This document shows, piece by piece, positions 10,341 through 20,609 of a stretch of 64,000 nt of DNA. The notes below the pieces were generated by a model. That model saw only the letters and a list, made by a program, of their open reading frames with translations, was not told the DNA's origin and made no database searches. Source of the stretch: an uncultured bacterium (GTDB lineage Bacteria > Poribacteria > DTPJ01); contig CAZMCH010000003.1 of NCBI GenBank assembly GCA_964564735.1, forward strand, positions 32,006 to 96,005. The letters are read 5' to 3'. Position 1 is the first letter of the stretch, and every line of letters starts with the position of its first letter. A program made the translations under genes and the position numbers.

Positions 10341-11483
10341 ATGGCGAAGGTTCTTGTAATTGCAAAATGGTATCCCAATGATAATGACCTTGTTCATGGC
10401 ATATATGTCAAAGAATTTGTTAAGGCAAAAAAACTTTATAATGATGTTATAGTCGTTCATAGTGAATTAACTTCGGTTAAAAGTCCGAAATTTCCCTATG
10501 AAATATATGATATTCTTGAAGACGATATAAGAACTATAAGATTTATATACAAGAGACGTTTTTTGAAGCTACATAGAATTACTAATTTTATTGCATGGTT
10601 TCATTGTTTGTCAAAGCTTTCCAAAGAGAATTATAAACCCGATATAATACATTTTCATGAATATGACGCAAGCTTGCCTGTGTTTTTATATGCAAAGTTG
10701 CATAAAATTCCTTTGGTAATAACAGAGCATTATACAGGTTTTGTCAAAAATACTCTAACTTTTTCTCAGCAAGTTCTTGCAAAGACAGTGTTAAGAAGAT
10801 CAAATGCCATATTCCCTGTTAGTAAATACTTAAAAAAACATATATTGAAATATGCCCCGAAAGCTAGATTTGAAGTAGTAAATAACGTTGTTGACACCAG
10901 TTTATTTAAATCATCTTTGCCAATAAGAAAAGGAAATAGTGAAAAGAAACTAATGCTAATTGTTGCACGTCTTGAGCCAAATAAGGGTATTTCTTATCTT
11001 ATCAACGCATTGGATATTCTCAAAAAAACAAGAGATGATTTTTTCCTAGAAGTCATTGGTGACGGAAGTTTAAGAAAAGAACTCGAAGATATGAAAAATA
11101 GACTTGAATTGAATGATTTTGTGAGATTTCATGGTGCTTTGCCTAAACCAAAAGTTGCAGAATATATGTCTAAATGTGATTTTTTTGTTCTCCCAAGCCT
11201 ATTTGAGACATTTGGTTGTGTTTTAATAGAAGCAATGTCCTGTGGAAAACCTGTATTGGCTACTAATATTGGCGGTCCTGATGAGATAATAACGCAACAA
11301 ACTGGAATACTTGTAGAGCCTGCAAATTCAGAAGCATTAAAAGATGGCATTGATTTTATGCTCGATAATTATTTTAGTTATTCTGCTGATGATATTGTTA
11401 ATTACGTCAAAAATCATTTTAGTTTCGAAGCTATAGGCTTAAAGCTAAATCAACTATATAATGATATTATAGCTAAAAAATAA
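10341..11483 (+). CDS. Glycosyltransferase family 4
   Basis: 380 aa. VARLEPNKGISYLI ... FVLPSLFETFGCVLIEAMSCGKPVLATNIGG is a canonical GT4 EX7E region. Confidence 0.8.
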   Translation: MAKVLVIAKWYPNDNDLVHGIYVKEFVKAKKLYNDVIVVHSELTSVKSPKFPYEIYDILEDDIRTIRFIYKRRFLKLHRITNFIAWFHCLSKLSKENYKPDIIHFHEYDASLPVFLYAKLHKIPLVITEHYTGFVKNTLTFSQQVLAKTVLRRSNAIFPVSKYLKKHILKYAPKARFEVVNNVVDTSLFKSSLPIRKGNSEKKLMLIVARLEPNKGISYLINALDILKKTRDDFFLEVIGDGSLRKELEDMKNRLELNDFVRFHGALPKPKVAEYMSKCDFFVLPSLFETFGCVLIEAMSCGKPVLATNIGGPDEIITQQTGILVEPANSEALKDGIDFMLDNYFSYSADDIVNYVKNHFSFEAIGLKLNQLYNDIIAKK

Positions 11484-12637
11484 TGTTAGACACGGATAAT
11501 TTAGAGAAAAAAATAAGACTAGCGATTGTTCACCCATCACCCTATCCTGCAAAACTACCAATCTTTGAGATAGTTTGCAAAGAAACTGACGGTATAGTCC
11601 TTTTTTCTTCTAAAGATTCGTTTGATCATCCTGAATGGAATATTGATGAGGTATTAAAGCAATATACATTTAGGCATTTATTTCTTAACGGATTTCGGAT
11701 AAAAAGAGTCGATGTGCGTATATCTCTGTTCTGGAATCTTTTACGCTATAAACCGAAAGTTATTGTAACAACAGAGTTTAATTTTCAAACCTTATTTTCT
11801 TATCTATATTCACTATTTTTTAATTCTAAGATAATTATTCAATCTAATGCTACAAGTCTTGCTGATGCAATATTTGCAAAACGAGAAGGTTTTAGAAAAT
11901 GGCTTATAAATCATTGTGATGGTTTTATCGCAAATTCTACTGAAACCAAGAAGTATTTATGTAGTCTCGGAGCAAATCCTGAAAAAGTGACCGTATCAAT
12001 TCAAACTATTGATGTAAAAAATTGGAAGAATGAAATTAATAAATGCAGGAAAATGTCAGAAGAATTAAAAAAAGAATTGGGATTAGGAGAAAAAGTCATT
12101 ATTTGCGTTAGCAGAATGCAACCTAAAAAAGGAATAAATTTTCTTTTAGAATCGTTTTTTGAGATTTCAGATAAATTGAAAGACATTAGTTTGCTGTTAG
12201 TTGGAACAGGTCCAGAGGAGCAAAATTTAAAAGATTATTGCACTAAAAAAAGGCTTACAAACAAAGTGGTTTTTATCGGATATAAGCAACCGATGGATAT
12301 GCCAAAATACTATGCTTTGGCGGATATTTTTGTTTTTCCGACATTATATGATAAATTTGGATTGGTTGTTATAGAATCTCTTGCTAGTGGCGTTCCTGTT
12401 TTATGTTCTCAATTTGCTGGTTCGGCGTCTGACTTAATTAAAAATAATGAGAATGGCTATATAATAGACCCCAATGATGTTGAAAAAATGTCAGAATTAC
12501 TTGTTAATATAATAACGAATGATAGCCTATTGCAGAAATTGAAACAAGGTGCATGGGACTCAGCAGATAATTTCACTGTTGAAAAGAGTGCTGAAAATTT
12601 TCTAAAAGCAATAAGCAAAACAGAAGGCGTTTTATAA
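11483..12637 (+). CDS. Glycosyltransferase family 4
   Basis: 384 aa. VSRMQPKKGINFLL ... FVFPTLYDKFGLVVIESLASGVPVLCS. Its start overlaps the previous stop (ATAATG). Confidence 0.8.
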   Translation: MLDTDNLEKKIRLAIVHPSPYPAKLPIFEIVCKETDGIVLFSSKDSFDHPEWNIDEVLKQYTFRHLFLNGFRIKRVDVRISLFWNLLRYKPKVIVTTEFNFQTLFSYLYSLFFNSKIIIQSNATSLADAIFAKREGFRKWLINHCDGFIANSTETKKYLCSLGANPEKVTVSIQTIDVKNWKNEINKCRKMSEELKKELGLGEKVIICVSRMQPKKGINFLLESFFEISDKLKDISLLLVGTGPEEQNLKDYCTKKRLTNKVVFIGYKQPMDMPKYYALADIFVFPTLYDKFGLVVIESLASGVPVLCSQFAGSASDLIKNNENGYIIDPNDVEKMSELLVNIITNDSLLQKLKQGAWDSADNFTVEKSAENFLKAISKTEGVL

Positions 12638-12641
12638 AGTT

Positions 12642-14021
12642 ATGTTAATTGCTATCATTTTAACAATATTAATACTATATGCGATATTTTTCTTATTCGA
12701 CAGGAGAAAAGCTATCTTAAGCTTATATTTGATAAAATTGCCATTAGATCAATTTGCTTGGAGAGTGTCTTTGGGATTTATGGATCTTAGGCTTTCTGAA
12801 GTATTTACATTATTAATTACAATTCTATTATCTATTATTCTAATCATGGATAGAATCAAAGACCCAGATCGATTGGGTTTTTGGGGCAATATACCTTCAA
12901 AAGTCAGGATACCTATCTTAATGTTTTTTATATTATGCCTTATGAACGTTCTTTTTGCTCAGGCAAAAATCTTTACTTTACAGTCAGTATTTAAATTATT
13001 AACTGGATTCGTTATAGGAACATTCACTGCAAAAATAATCACGACGGAAGAAGATATATATAGCTTGATTAAAATTATGACAATAAGCGTGATAGTTATC
13101 TTTGTTTCTGTCATGCCTGACTTATTTTCCGGTGGACAACTCCAAGTTTTTGCTCCTACAAGTGATGATCCTTATAAAGGAACATATATATCAGGAGGGG
13201 CAAGTAAATATTATTCTGCAGATGGTTTTGCATTTGCTTTTTTAGTATATATTCCAGCAATTCTATTATTCTCTAATGTATATAAGCAAAAATGGGAATT
13301 TTTATTATGTATTTTTGCCATGTTATTTGTATCTATTGCTGTTTTTGCTTCTGCCATTCGTATTGCTTGGATAAGCTTTATAGTAATATTATCTATATGG
13401 ATAATTGTCAATAAAAAATGGAAATTATCGGTTGTCATTGTTTTTTTAATTTCAATATTGTTTGTTACCAATATTCTTGATAAGCCATTTCAAACAGCAA
13501 TTCAGAAATCAAATTATGAAATCGAGAGCTTTAAAAAAGGAGAATTACCTTCGGAATATGCGTTTAATGCCCGTCCAAAGATGTGGAAATTTTATATGAG
13601 TAATTATATGATGTTGCCTTTACTAGATAAGGCATTTGGAAGTGAAAAGACTATGAGAGTTTCTTTTTCGAGTATAGGATATTCAACACATAATGACTTT
13701 TTGTATATTTTAATTAGAATGGGATTTATAGGACTTGGAATTACTCTTTTTTTATACATATATTTATTTTTACAGATAATAAAAATTATACGGAAATCAA
13801 ATAGGAGTTATTTTGATTGGCAAATAGGATTAACTGCGATTCTTGGGTTAATTGGTATGCTTTTGCCAGCATTAACGAGAGCAGGATTAACAAATCCAAA
13901 TTTTCAATGGTTTTTCTGGACTTTTGCAATGATTGCTTTAAAGGGGAATTATATTCTCGAACCACAGAATAACGAAGCCATTGACTATGGCAAAAATGAG
14001 ATATTGTCAAGCGAATTATAG
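12642..14021 (+). CDS. O-antigen ligase / Wzy-like polymerase family membrane protein
   Basis: 459 aa, about 10-12 TM segments. Wzy_C-like signature STHNDFLYILIRMGFIGLG. Confidence 0.7.
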   Translation: MLIAIILTILILYAIFFLFDRRKAILSLYLIKLPLDQFAWRVSLGFMDLRLSEVFTLLITILLSIILIMDRIKDPDRLGFWGNIPSKVRIPILMFFILCLMNVLFAQAKIFTLQSVFKLLTGFVIGTFTAKIITTEEDIYSLIKIMTISVIVIFVSVMPDLFSGGQLQVFAPTSDDPYKGTYISGGASKYYSADGFAFAFLVYIPAILLFSNVYKQKWEFLLCIFAMLFVSIAVFASAIRIAWISFIVILSIWIIVNKKWKLSVVIVFLISILFVTNILDKPFQTAIQKSNYEIESFKKGELPSEYAFNARPKMWKFYMSNYMMLPLLDKAFGSEKTMRVSFSSIGYSTHNDFLYILIRMGFIGLGITLFLYIYLFLQIIKIIRKSNRSYFDWQIGLTAILGLIGMLLPALTRAGLTNPNFQWFFWTFAMIALKGNYILEPQNNEAIDYGKNEILSSEL

Positions 14022-14033
14022 GGGACTAATAAA

Positions 14034-15458
14034 TTGTTATTTAATAGTTATATTTTTGTTTTTCTTGTAATCATAACAATGGCAATATATTATGCACCTT
14101 TTTTTAGGAATTATCAAATTATTATATTGGCTCTATCAAGTATGGTATTTTATGGTTATGGACAGCCTTTTTTACTTTTACTTTTAATTGCTTCCGTATC
14201 TATTAATGCTTTTGTCAGTTACTTTATACATTTTTCAGAATCAAACCAAAAAAAAATAGTTTTAACGACTATTGGAGTTTTGGCAAATTTATTAATTCTT
14301 TCATTATTCAAATATGGCACTCTAATCTCATCATCACTAAGAAGCTATGTCGGTTTGGATAATCAAGCAATTTCTTTTTTATCAAGAATTCCCCTTCCTA
14401 TTGGTATATCTTTTTATACATTTCAAGGAATTAGTCTTGTTGTTGATACATATAGGCAAAATAAAAACCGCTATTTTACCAGCTACAATATAAACCAAAA
14501 GTTTCTAAATCATTATATAAATACTTTTTTATATATAACCTTTTTCCCTCAACTTGTTGCAGGTCCAATAGTAAGGGCTAGTTTATTTTTTCCACAAATA
14601 AGACTAAAGAATTTTTCAGAAATTAAATGGCATTATGCTTTGAGATCTATTATTTTGGGATACTTCTTAAAAATGGTGATTGCTGATCAATTGAAAGATC
14701 AAACCTATTGGATAAGCTTTCCCTATTATCAATCTTATTCAAGTTTGACCTTATGTATAATGCTATTTGGCTATTCAATGCAAATATTTGCTGATTTCGC
14801 TGGATATTCGATAATTGCTATTGGAATAGCTTATCTATTCGGTTATAATCTTCCTACAAATTTTAATTTCCCTTATATCTCAAAATCTTTTTCAGAATTC
14901 TGGACAAGGTGGCATATTTCGCTATCAAGTTGGCTAAAAGAATATTTATATATACCAATAGGTGGTAATAAAAAAGGCAAAATAAGAACTTATATAAACT
15001 TGACTGTTGTAATGCTACTTGGTGGGTTATGGCACGGAGCATCTTGGAAATATGCTATGTGGGGATTATGGCATGGACTAGCTCTTGTAATTGAACGACC
15101 ATTTAGAGACAGATTAAAAAAATATAATAATTTGTTTTTAGATATATCTAAAACTATTGCAGTTTTTGTTTTTATAACACTTGGGTGGTTATTATTTAAA
15201 TTGGATAATCTTTCACAAGTATTAGATTATGCCAAGTGTATTGTTATGAATGTCAATATGATTGATAATTATTTAGTTATTATTGCAATATTGTATTATT
15301 CTTTTCCTATAGTTGCATATTATGCTTATCATTTGATAATTGCTAAATTTAATCTTAAGCCAAATGTCTATTTTGAGGCAATTTCTTATGGAATTATGAT
15401 ATTTATGCTAGTAACTAGCAGTGGGAATCCTAGTGCGTTCATTTATTTCCAATTTTAA
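14034..15458 (+). CDS. MBOAT family membrane O-acyltransferase (AlgI/DltB/PatA-like)
   Basis: 474 aa. Hallmark FWTRWHISLSSWLKEYLYIPIGGNKKG ... GGLWHGASW containing the conserved MBOAT histidine. Confidence 0.85.
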   Translation: MLFNSYIFVFLVIITMAIYYAPFFRNYQIIILALSSMVFYGYGQPFLLLLLIASVSINAFVSYFIHFSESNQKKIVLTTIGVLANLLILSLFKYGTLISSSLRSYVGLDNQAISFLSRIPLPIGISFYTFQGISLVVDTYRQNKNRYFTSYNINQKFLNHYINTFLYITFFPQLVAGPIVRASLFFPQIRLKNFSEIKWHYALRSIILGYFLKMVIADQLKDQTYWISFPYYQSYSSLTLCIMLFGYSMQIFADFAGYSIIAIGIAYLFGYNLPTNFNFPYISKSFSEFWTRWHISLSSWLKEYLYIPIGGNKKGKIRTYINLTVVMLLGGLWHGASWKYAMWGLWHGLALVIERPFRDRLKKYNNLFLDISKTIAVFVFITLGWLLFKLDNLSQVLDYAKCIVMNVNMIDNYLVIIAILYYSFPIVAYYAYHLIIAKFNLKPNVYFEAISYGIMIFMLVTSSGNPSAFIYFQF

Positions 15459-16335
15459 GATAAGATTCTGGTTTATTGTATTTCTATCTTTTATCATTTC
15501 CATTATGCTTTATAATGTTTCTATTATTATATTTAAGCCAAAAGTAAATACAATTCAGAATTATGTCCAAGCAAACTTTGTTAGATGTCAAAGATTCATT
15601 TATGATTATAAGAATGTTCCTGTTGTTATGATCGGCTCTTCCATGTCTGCAAAGATTGAACAAGAAATTCTTCCAGATTGGATTTATAATCTCTCTTTTG
15701 CTGGTGGTGGAGTTTTAACAGGACTAGAGATATTGGTAAGAAGCAAGGCTAATCCTCATATGATTTTACTTGAAACAAATCTGATTGACACCAGTAAAGA
15801 TAATGAACTTTTAAAAAGGCTTTATAAGCCAATATTATGGCATCTAAGAAAACATTTTATTTTTTTGCAATCAGAATACCAACCACTTAATTTATTGATG
15901 AGTCTTTTGAGAGAAAGTATAGGACAAGGATATGAAAATAAAGTTAAAAACAGGAAAGTCGATCCGAATATAGTAAAAAGCATGTTGGATATAAATGAGA
16001 AAAGATTCTCATATAAGCCAGATTTAGATCAAAAAATGATTGAAATTAACAGATTAATTCATGAATTAAATATCAAGAAGCCAATTGTTGTTTTTTATGA
16101 AATGCCTATACATCCCAAACTAACTGACTCAGTAAGGATGGTTTCCATCCGTTCCAAAGTTAAAAGTATTGCTGAGGAAAATAATTATTTATTCTTAGCT
16201 TTGCCTGATAGTTCTCAATATGAAACAGTTGATAGTATTCACATGACTTATGATTCTATAAATAAATACTTAAAAGTATTATTGAAAAACATTGAAAAAA
16301 CTGGATTCTCGCTTTCGCAGGAAAGACAAAAGTGA
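15421..16335 (+). CDS. Membrane-anchored SGNH/DltD/AlgJ-like partner of the MBOAT (putative)
   Basis: 304 aa. N-terminal TM helix. Candidate block I VVMIGSSMS and block V DSIHMT (DxxH). Positioned directly after the MBOAT, overlapping its 3' end. Start codon uncertain. Confidence 0.45.
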   Translation: MGILVRSFISNFKIRFWFIVFLSFIISIMLYNVSIIIFKPKVNTIQNYVQANFVRCQRFIYDYKNVPVVMIGSSMSAKIEQEILPDWIYNLSFAGGGVLTGLEILVRSKANPHMILLETNLIDTSKDNELLKRLYKPILWHLRKHFIFLQSEYQPLNLLMSLLRESIGQGYENKVKNRKVDPNIVKSMLDINEKRFSYKPDLDQKMIEINRLIHELNIKKPIVVFYEMPIHPKLTDSVRMVSIRSKVKSIAEENNYLFLALPDSSQYETVDSIHMTYDSINKYLKVLLKNIEKTGFSLSQERQK

Positions 16336-16432
16336 TATGATTTTTCCCTACATTGAACTCACGTTAAATAATATAGTCTTTTTATAAAAAATACTAAAAA
16401 TTGATAATGGCTTATGAACTAAAGGAGTTAAT

Positions 16433-18209
16433 ATGACTTATAGCATATTTTTGAAGCCTAAATTTATTATATTTATAATTATATTATATCCTTTATTATT
16501 TATTTGGCAGGGATTAGATTTTGCAGATGCAGGATATTCCATGACAGTCTATCAGCAAGTCTTTAATGAACCTGAAAGTATTAGCTATAATTTTGTTACT
16601 TGGTTAACGAATATAATAGGTGGATTTTGGTTTTTTTCTTTGGTGATTCATTGGGATTACTAGGAGCAAACTTTGCCGGTGTTTTGATTACATATTTATC
16701 AATTTTAATATCTTATATAATTTTAAGATCCTATATTGATTATAAGCATTTGTTGATAGGTCTACTTTTTGCTTTAATGCTTAATAAATGGTTCCCCTTT
16801 ATATATTATAATAACTTAACATCACTTTTCTTTATTGCATCAGCGTTTTTCTTATATAGTGGATTAAAGAACGATAAAAACTGTTATATTATTATTTCTG
16901 GCTTCTTACTTGGACTAAATATATTTATCAGGTTCCCTAATATTCTTGGATTTTTATTACTATTAGGTATATTTTTTTATGGTTATATGAACAAAAGCAG
17001 AATTAGAATTCAATTTAAGCAAGCATTTAGCTTTATATCTGGATATATAATTGCAATTTTGTCAGCACTAATGGTTATGAAACTAGTCGGTCATTATGAC
17101 TTTTTCATTGATGCCGTAAAAACTCTTTTTAGTATAACTGTTGATAAATCAGGTGATCGTTATAATGTTAAAGGAATGATCTCAATATACTATTTAGATT
17201 ATCTAAAAGTAATAGGATTTACTGTTGTAGCTATTCCTATTATGATAATAACGCCAAAATTATTCATGCGTTTTAAAAACCGTTATTTATATTACAGTTC
17301 TATAATATTATTGATTACATCTATTTCAGCAATATTTGCATTAGCCTTGTTTCGTTATTATGATATAACACGTTTTTTAATTCTTCTGGTGGTGGGTATT
17401 TTATACTTGATATTATTATTATACATAATAAATGCGGAAAAAAGCTCAAAAGAATTACGGCTTATTTGTTTTATTGCACTTTTAATACTAATCATCACTC
17501 CAATGGGTTCAACTGTTGGACTGCGTAATGCAATCTATGGAATGTGGATTCCAGTTCCAATTGCATTTACGTATATATTGAACTTAAAAAAGATAACCAT
17601 CGGGATAGAAACAACAAATGATTCTTTTCTGAATCACTCAAAAATCAGTTTGAATCATTCAGAAACTAGGTTAACCAAGAAAATTTTCTTTACTTTATTG
17701 GCTATATTATTAATATTGTCCTCTTTTATGTATACTTATAGAGATAATCATAATCGTTTTTTAATGAGATATTCTATTAAAAATACTCGTTTAAAGGGTA
17801 TATTTACAACCAAAGAAAGAGCAAAAGTAGTTCAGGAATTGTTGGATGAAATGAAATACTATGTAAAAGAAAATGATTATCTATTGATGTATGATGAGAT
17901 GTCGATGATATATTTTTTAACTAAGACTAGACCATATTTATACAATTCCCAACCAACACTTTATAGAACTGAAAAGCTTAAAGAGATGCTAAATAAGTCA
18001 ATAAGAGAGAAGCCCTATTTACCAGTAATAGTAAGTGTAAAAACTAGATTATGGGACTTTGACTGGCCTAATGGAAATTATGTAAAAAAATAGCGGATAA
18101 AAATATAATAGATTTTATAGAAAATAATAAATATTCACTTGTCTGGGAAAATGATATATTTGAAATTCTGTTGCCTCAAGATAAAAAATCTCATACGACC
18201 CTGCGATAA
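16433..18209 (+). pseudogene. GT-C-like polytopic membrane protein, paralog of 23181..24971, interrupted by two -1 frameshifts at homopolymers
   Basis: ORFs 16433..16663 and 16600..18093, plus an unlisted tail to 18209, align colinearly with the intact 596-aa paralog. Frames switch at T7 (16631-16637) and A7 (18084-18090). Adding one base at each tract restores GGFWFFFFGDSLGLLG and ...VKKIADKNIIDFIENNKYSLVWENDIFEIL. Confidence 0.7.
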
Positions 18210-18345
18210 TATATTTTGATAGTCACAAGAGCCATCATTATCTTGTTTGTATAAATTATAAATCCTAAGTTTTCATTTTATTCAAAAAAATAAGGGGCGC
18301 TTCTAATAATCAGAGCGCAATATTGAGAAGGATATAAATTAACTC

Positions 18346-19071
18346 ATGAAAGGTATAATACTTGCGGGTGGCAAAGGAACAAGGCTTTATCCATTAACAA
18401 AGGTTACTAATAAGCATTTACTTCCTGTTGGTAAAGAACCTATGATTTTTAATCCAATTAAACAACTTACATCATCGGATATAAATGAAATTTTGATTGT
18501 AACCAGCACTGAAAATATGGGAGATATTGTGAATCTTCTTGGAAGTGGGAAAGAATTTGAAGCTGATTTTACATACAAGGTTCAGGAAACTTCTGCTGGA
18601 ATTGCCGATGCCCTAAGACTTGGAGAAAACTTTGCAAAATCTGAAAAAATTGTAGTTGTATTAGGTGATAATATTGCAACTAAATCAATAAAATCTTATG
18701 TTAAAAATTTCGAGAGCCAAAAAACTGGTGCAAGAGTTTTATTGAAGGAAGTTAATGATCCAACAAGATATGGTATCGCTGCACTCGATGAAGAAAAGAT
18801 TATAGAAATACAAGAAAAACCCGGATTGCCAAAAACAAATTTTGCAGTTATTGGTTATTATATGTATGACGAAAAGGTCTTTGAATTTATAAAACGTCAA
18901 AAGCCTTCAGAAAGAGGCGAATATGAGATTACAGATGTGAACAATGAATATATAAAGCTTGGGGAAATGGAATATGATATACTCGATGGGGAATGGACAG
19001 ACGCAGGAACTTTTGAATCTTTGCAAATTGCAAACCAGATGCTTTTAGAATGTAATAACAAGATAAAATAA
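18346..19071 (+). CDS. Sugar-1-phosphate nucleotidyltransferase, short RmlA-like (glucose-1-phosphate thymidylyltransferase type)
   Basis: 241 aa. N-terminus MKGIILAGGKGTRLYPLTKVTNKHLLPVGKEPMI matches the G-x-G-T-R-L nucleotidyltransferase signature of RmlA. Confidence 0.8.
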   Translation: MKGIILAGGKGTRLYPLTKVTNKHLLPVGKEPMIFNPIKQLTSSDINEILIVTSTENMGDIVNLLGSGKEFEADFTYKVQETSAGIADALRLGENFAKSEKIVVVLGDNIATKSIKSYVKNFESQKTGARVLLKEVNDPTRYGIAALDEEKIIEIQEKPGLPKTNFAVIGYYMYDEKVFEFIKRQKPSERGEYEITDVNNEYIKLGEMEYDILDGEWTDAGTFESLQIANQMLLECNNKIK

Positions 19072-19094
19072 TGGACTTTATAAGGAGACAGAAA

Positions 19095-20030
19095 ATGTCT
19101 GATATAAACATTTCTGTAGTTATTCCTGTATATAGAAGCGAAGATTGTCTTGATGAGCTTGTTAAAAGATTAAATGATGTTCTGAGTGATCTTGACAAAA
19201 CTTATGAAATCATTCTGGTAAATGACTGCAGTCCGGATGGAAGCTGGAAAAAAATCACGGAATTATGTAAAGTTTACAAATGTCTAAAAGGAATCAATCT
19301 AAGAAGAAATTTTGGTCAAGACTGTGCTATAATGGCAGGATTAAATTATTCATCTGGTGATAAGGTTGTGATAATGGATGACGATCTTCAGCATGATCCA
19401 TTAGATATTCCATTATTAATTAGCGAATTAGATAAAGAATATGATGTTTGCTATGCTCTATTTGAATCTAAGAAACAATCGTTGTTTAAGAACTTTGGTA
19501 GCTGGTTCAATGGCAAAGTTGCAGAAATAGTTATTAAGAAACCTAAAGCTGTATATCTTTCTCCATATAAATCTATAAAGCGAGAAGTTATTGATGAAAT
19601 AACAAAATATGATGGTCCTTATCCATATGTTGATGGTTTGATTTTTCGTGTAACAAGAAGCATTACCCAAGTCAATGTCGAACATCACAAACGTTATTCT
19701 GGACAAGGGAACTATAATTTATTAAAATCTATAAGAGTATGGCTAAGGTTAGCAACTAATTTCTCTGTGTTTCCATTGAGAATTGCTACTGTATTAGGTT
19801 TTACTGCATCGATAATCGGGTTTCTTTTGGCATTATATTTTATCCTTCAGCATATCATAAATGGACAAGCACCAATAGGCTGGGCTTCGATGATTGTCAC
19901 CATATTATTTATTGGCGGAGTTCAGTTAATTGCAATAGGGGCTATCGGTGAATATGTTGGTCGTCTGTTTATATATTATAACAAGGAACCGCAGTTTGTT
20001 ATAAAAGAGATCATTAAAGAAAACAAATAA
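19095..20030 (+). CDS. GT2 polyprenol-phosphate glycosyltransferase (GtrB/ArnC/DPM1-like)
   Basis: VVIPVYRSEDCL ... ILVNDCSPDGS ... MDDDLQHDP plus two C-terminal TM helices. Start moved to the ATG at 19095, which follows a strong AAGGAG Shine-Dalgarno. The listed ORF begins at 19071. Confidence 0.8.
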   Translation: MSDINISVVIPVYRSEDCLDELVKRLNDVLSDLDKTYEIILVNDCSPDGSWKKITELCKVYKCLKGINLRRNFGQDCAIMAGLNYSSGDKVVIMDDDLQHDPLDIPLLISELDKEYDVCYALFESKKQSLFKNFGSWFNGKVAEIVIKKPKAVYLSPYKSIKREVIDEITKYDGPYPYVDGLIFRVTRSITQVNVEHHKRYSGQGNYNLLKSIRVWLRLATNFSVFPLRIATVLGFTASIIGFLLALYFILQHIINGQAPIGWASMIVTILFIGGVQLIAIGAIGEYVGRLFIYYNKEPQFVIKEIIKENK

Positions 20031-20048
20031 TGTAATAGGGAGGTAAAG

Positions 20049-20609
20049 ATGCCTTCGGCATTGAAACAATTAGGTATAAAGAAAGCCATTAAGTTTTTTT
20101 ATACGACAATTCTAGCAATTATATACAAATTTATGATTTTCCCCCAGATGCGAACTGCTTTTCTAAGGCTATGTGGAGCAAAGATCGGCAAAGGCACAAT
20201 AATTTGTGGAGGAGTTAGGTTTATTAATCTGTATAGAACGGGATTTAAAGGGCTTACAATCGGGAAATATTGCTGGATTTCGGAAGAAGCCATGTTTGAT
20301 CTAGCTGATAAAATTACATTTGGCGACTATGTTTCTTTTGGTCAACGCTCAATGATAATTACACATATAAATGTAGGTTATAGCGACCACCCATTACAAA
20401 AGAGTTTTCCTCCTGAACAGAAGGGCATTATCATAAAAAATAATACTTTTATAGGTCCCTATTCTGTTATTCTATATGGTGTAACTATCGGTGAAAATAG
20501 TGCAATTATGGTTCATTCATTAGTTTCGCAGGATGTTCCTGCTAGTGTTCTCTTTGGTGGTGTCCCGGGGAGAGTGTTACGTAAATTGGAATGTGACGGA
20601 CAAAATTGA
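20049..20609 (+). CDS. Left-handed beta-helix (hexapeptide repeat) acyl/acetyltransferase
   Basis: 186 aa. C-terminal hexapeptide pattern IIKNNTFIGPYSVILYGVTIGENSAIMVHSLV, WcaF/NeuD-like. Confidence 0.65.
   Translation: MPSALKQLGIKKAIKFFYTTILAIIYKFMIFPQMRTAFLRLCGAKIGKGTIICGGVRFINLYRTGFKGLTIGKYCWISEEAMFDLADKITFGDYVSFGQRSMIITHINVGYSDHPLQKSFPPEQKGIIIKNNTFIGPYSVILYGVTIGENSAIMVHSLVSQDVPASVLFGGVPGRVLRKLECDGQN

Noticed and set aside
16433-18093. ORFs 16433-16663 and 16600-18093 were considered as two independent overlapping genes.
   Set aside because: Both pieces, plus an unlisted tail to 18209, align colinearly with the single 596-aa paralog at 23181-24971. The frame changes coincide with homopolymers.
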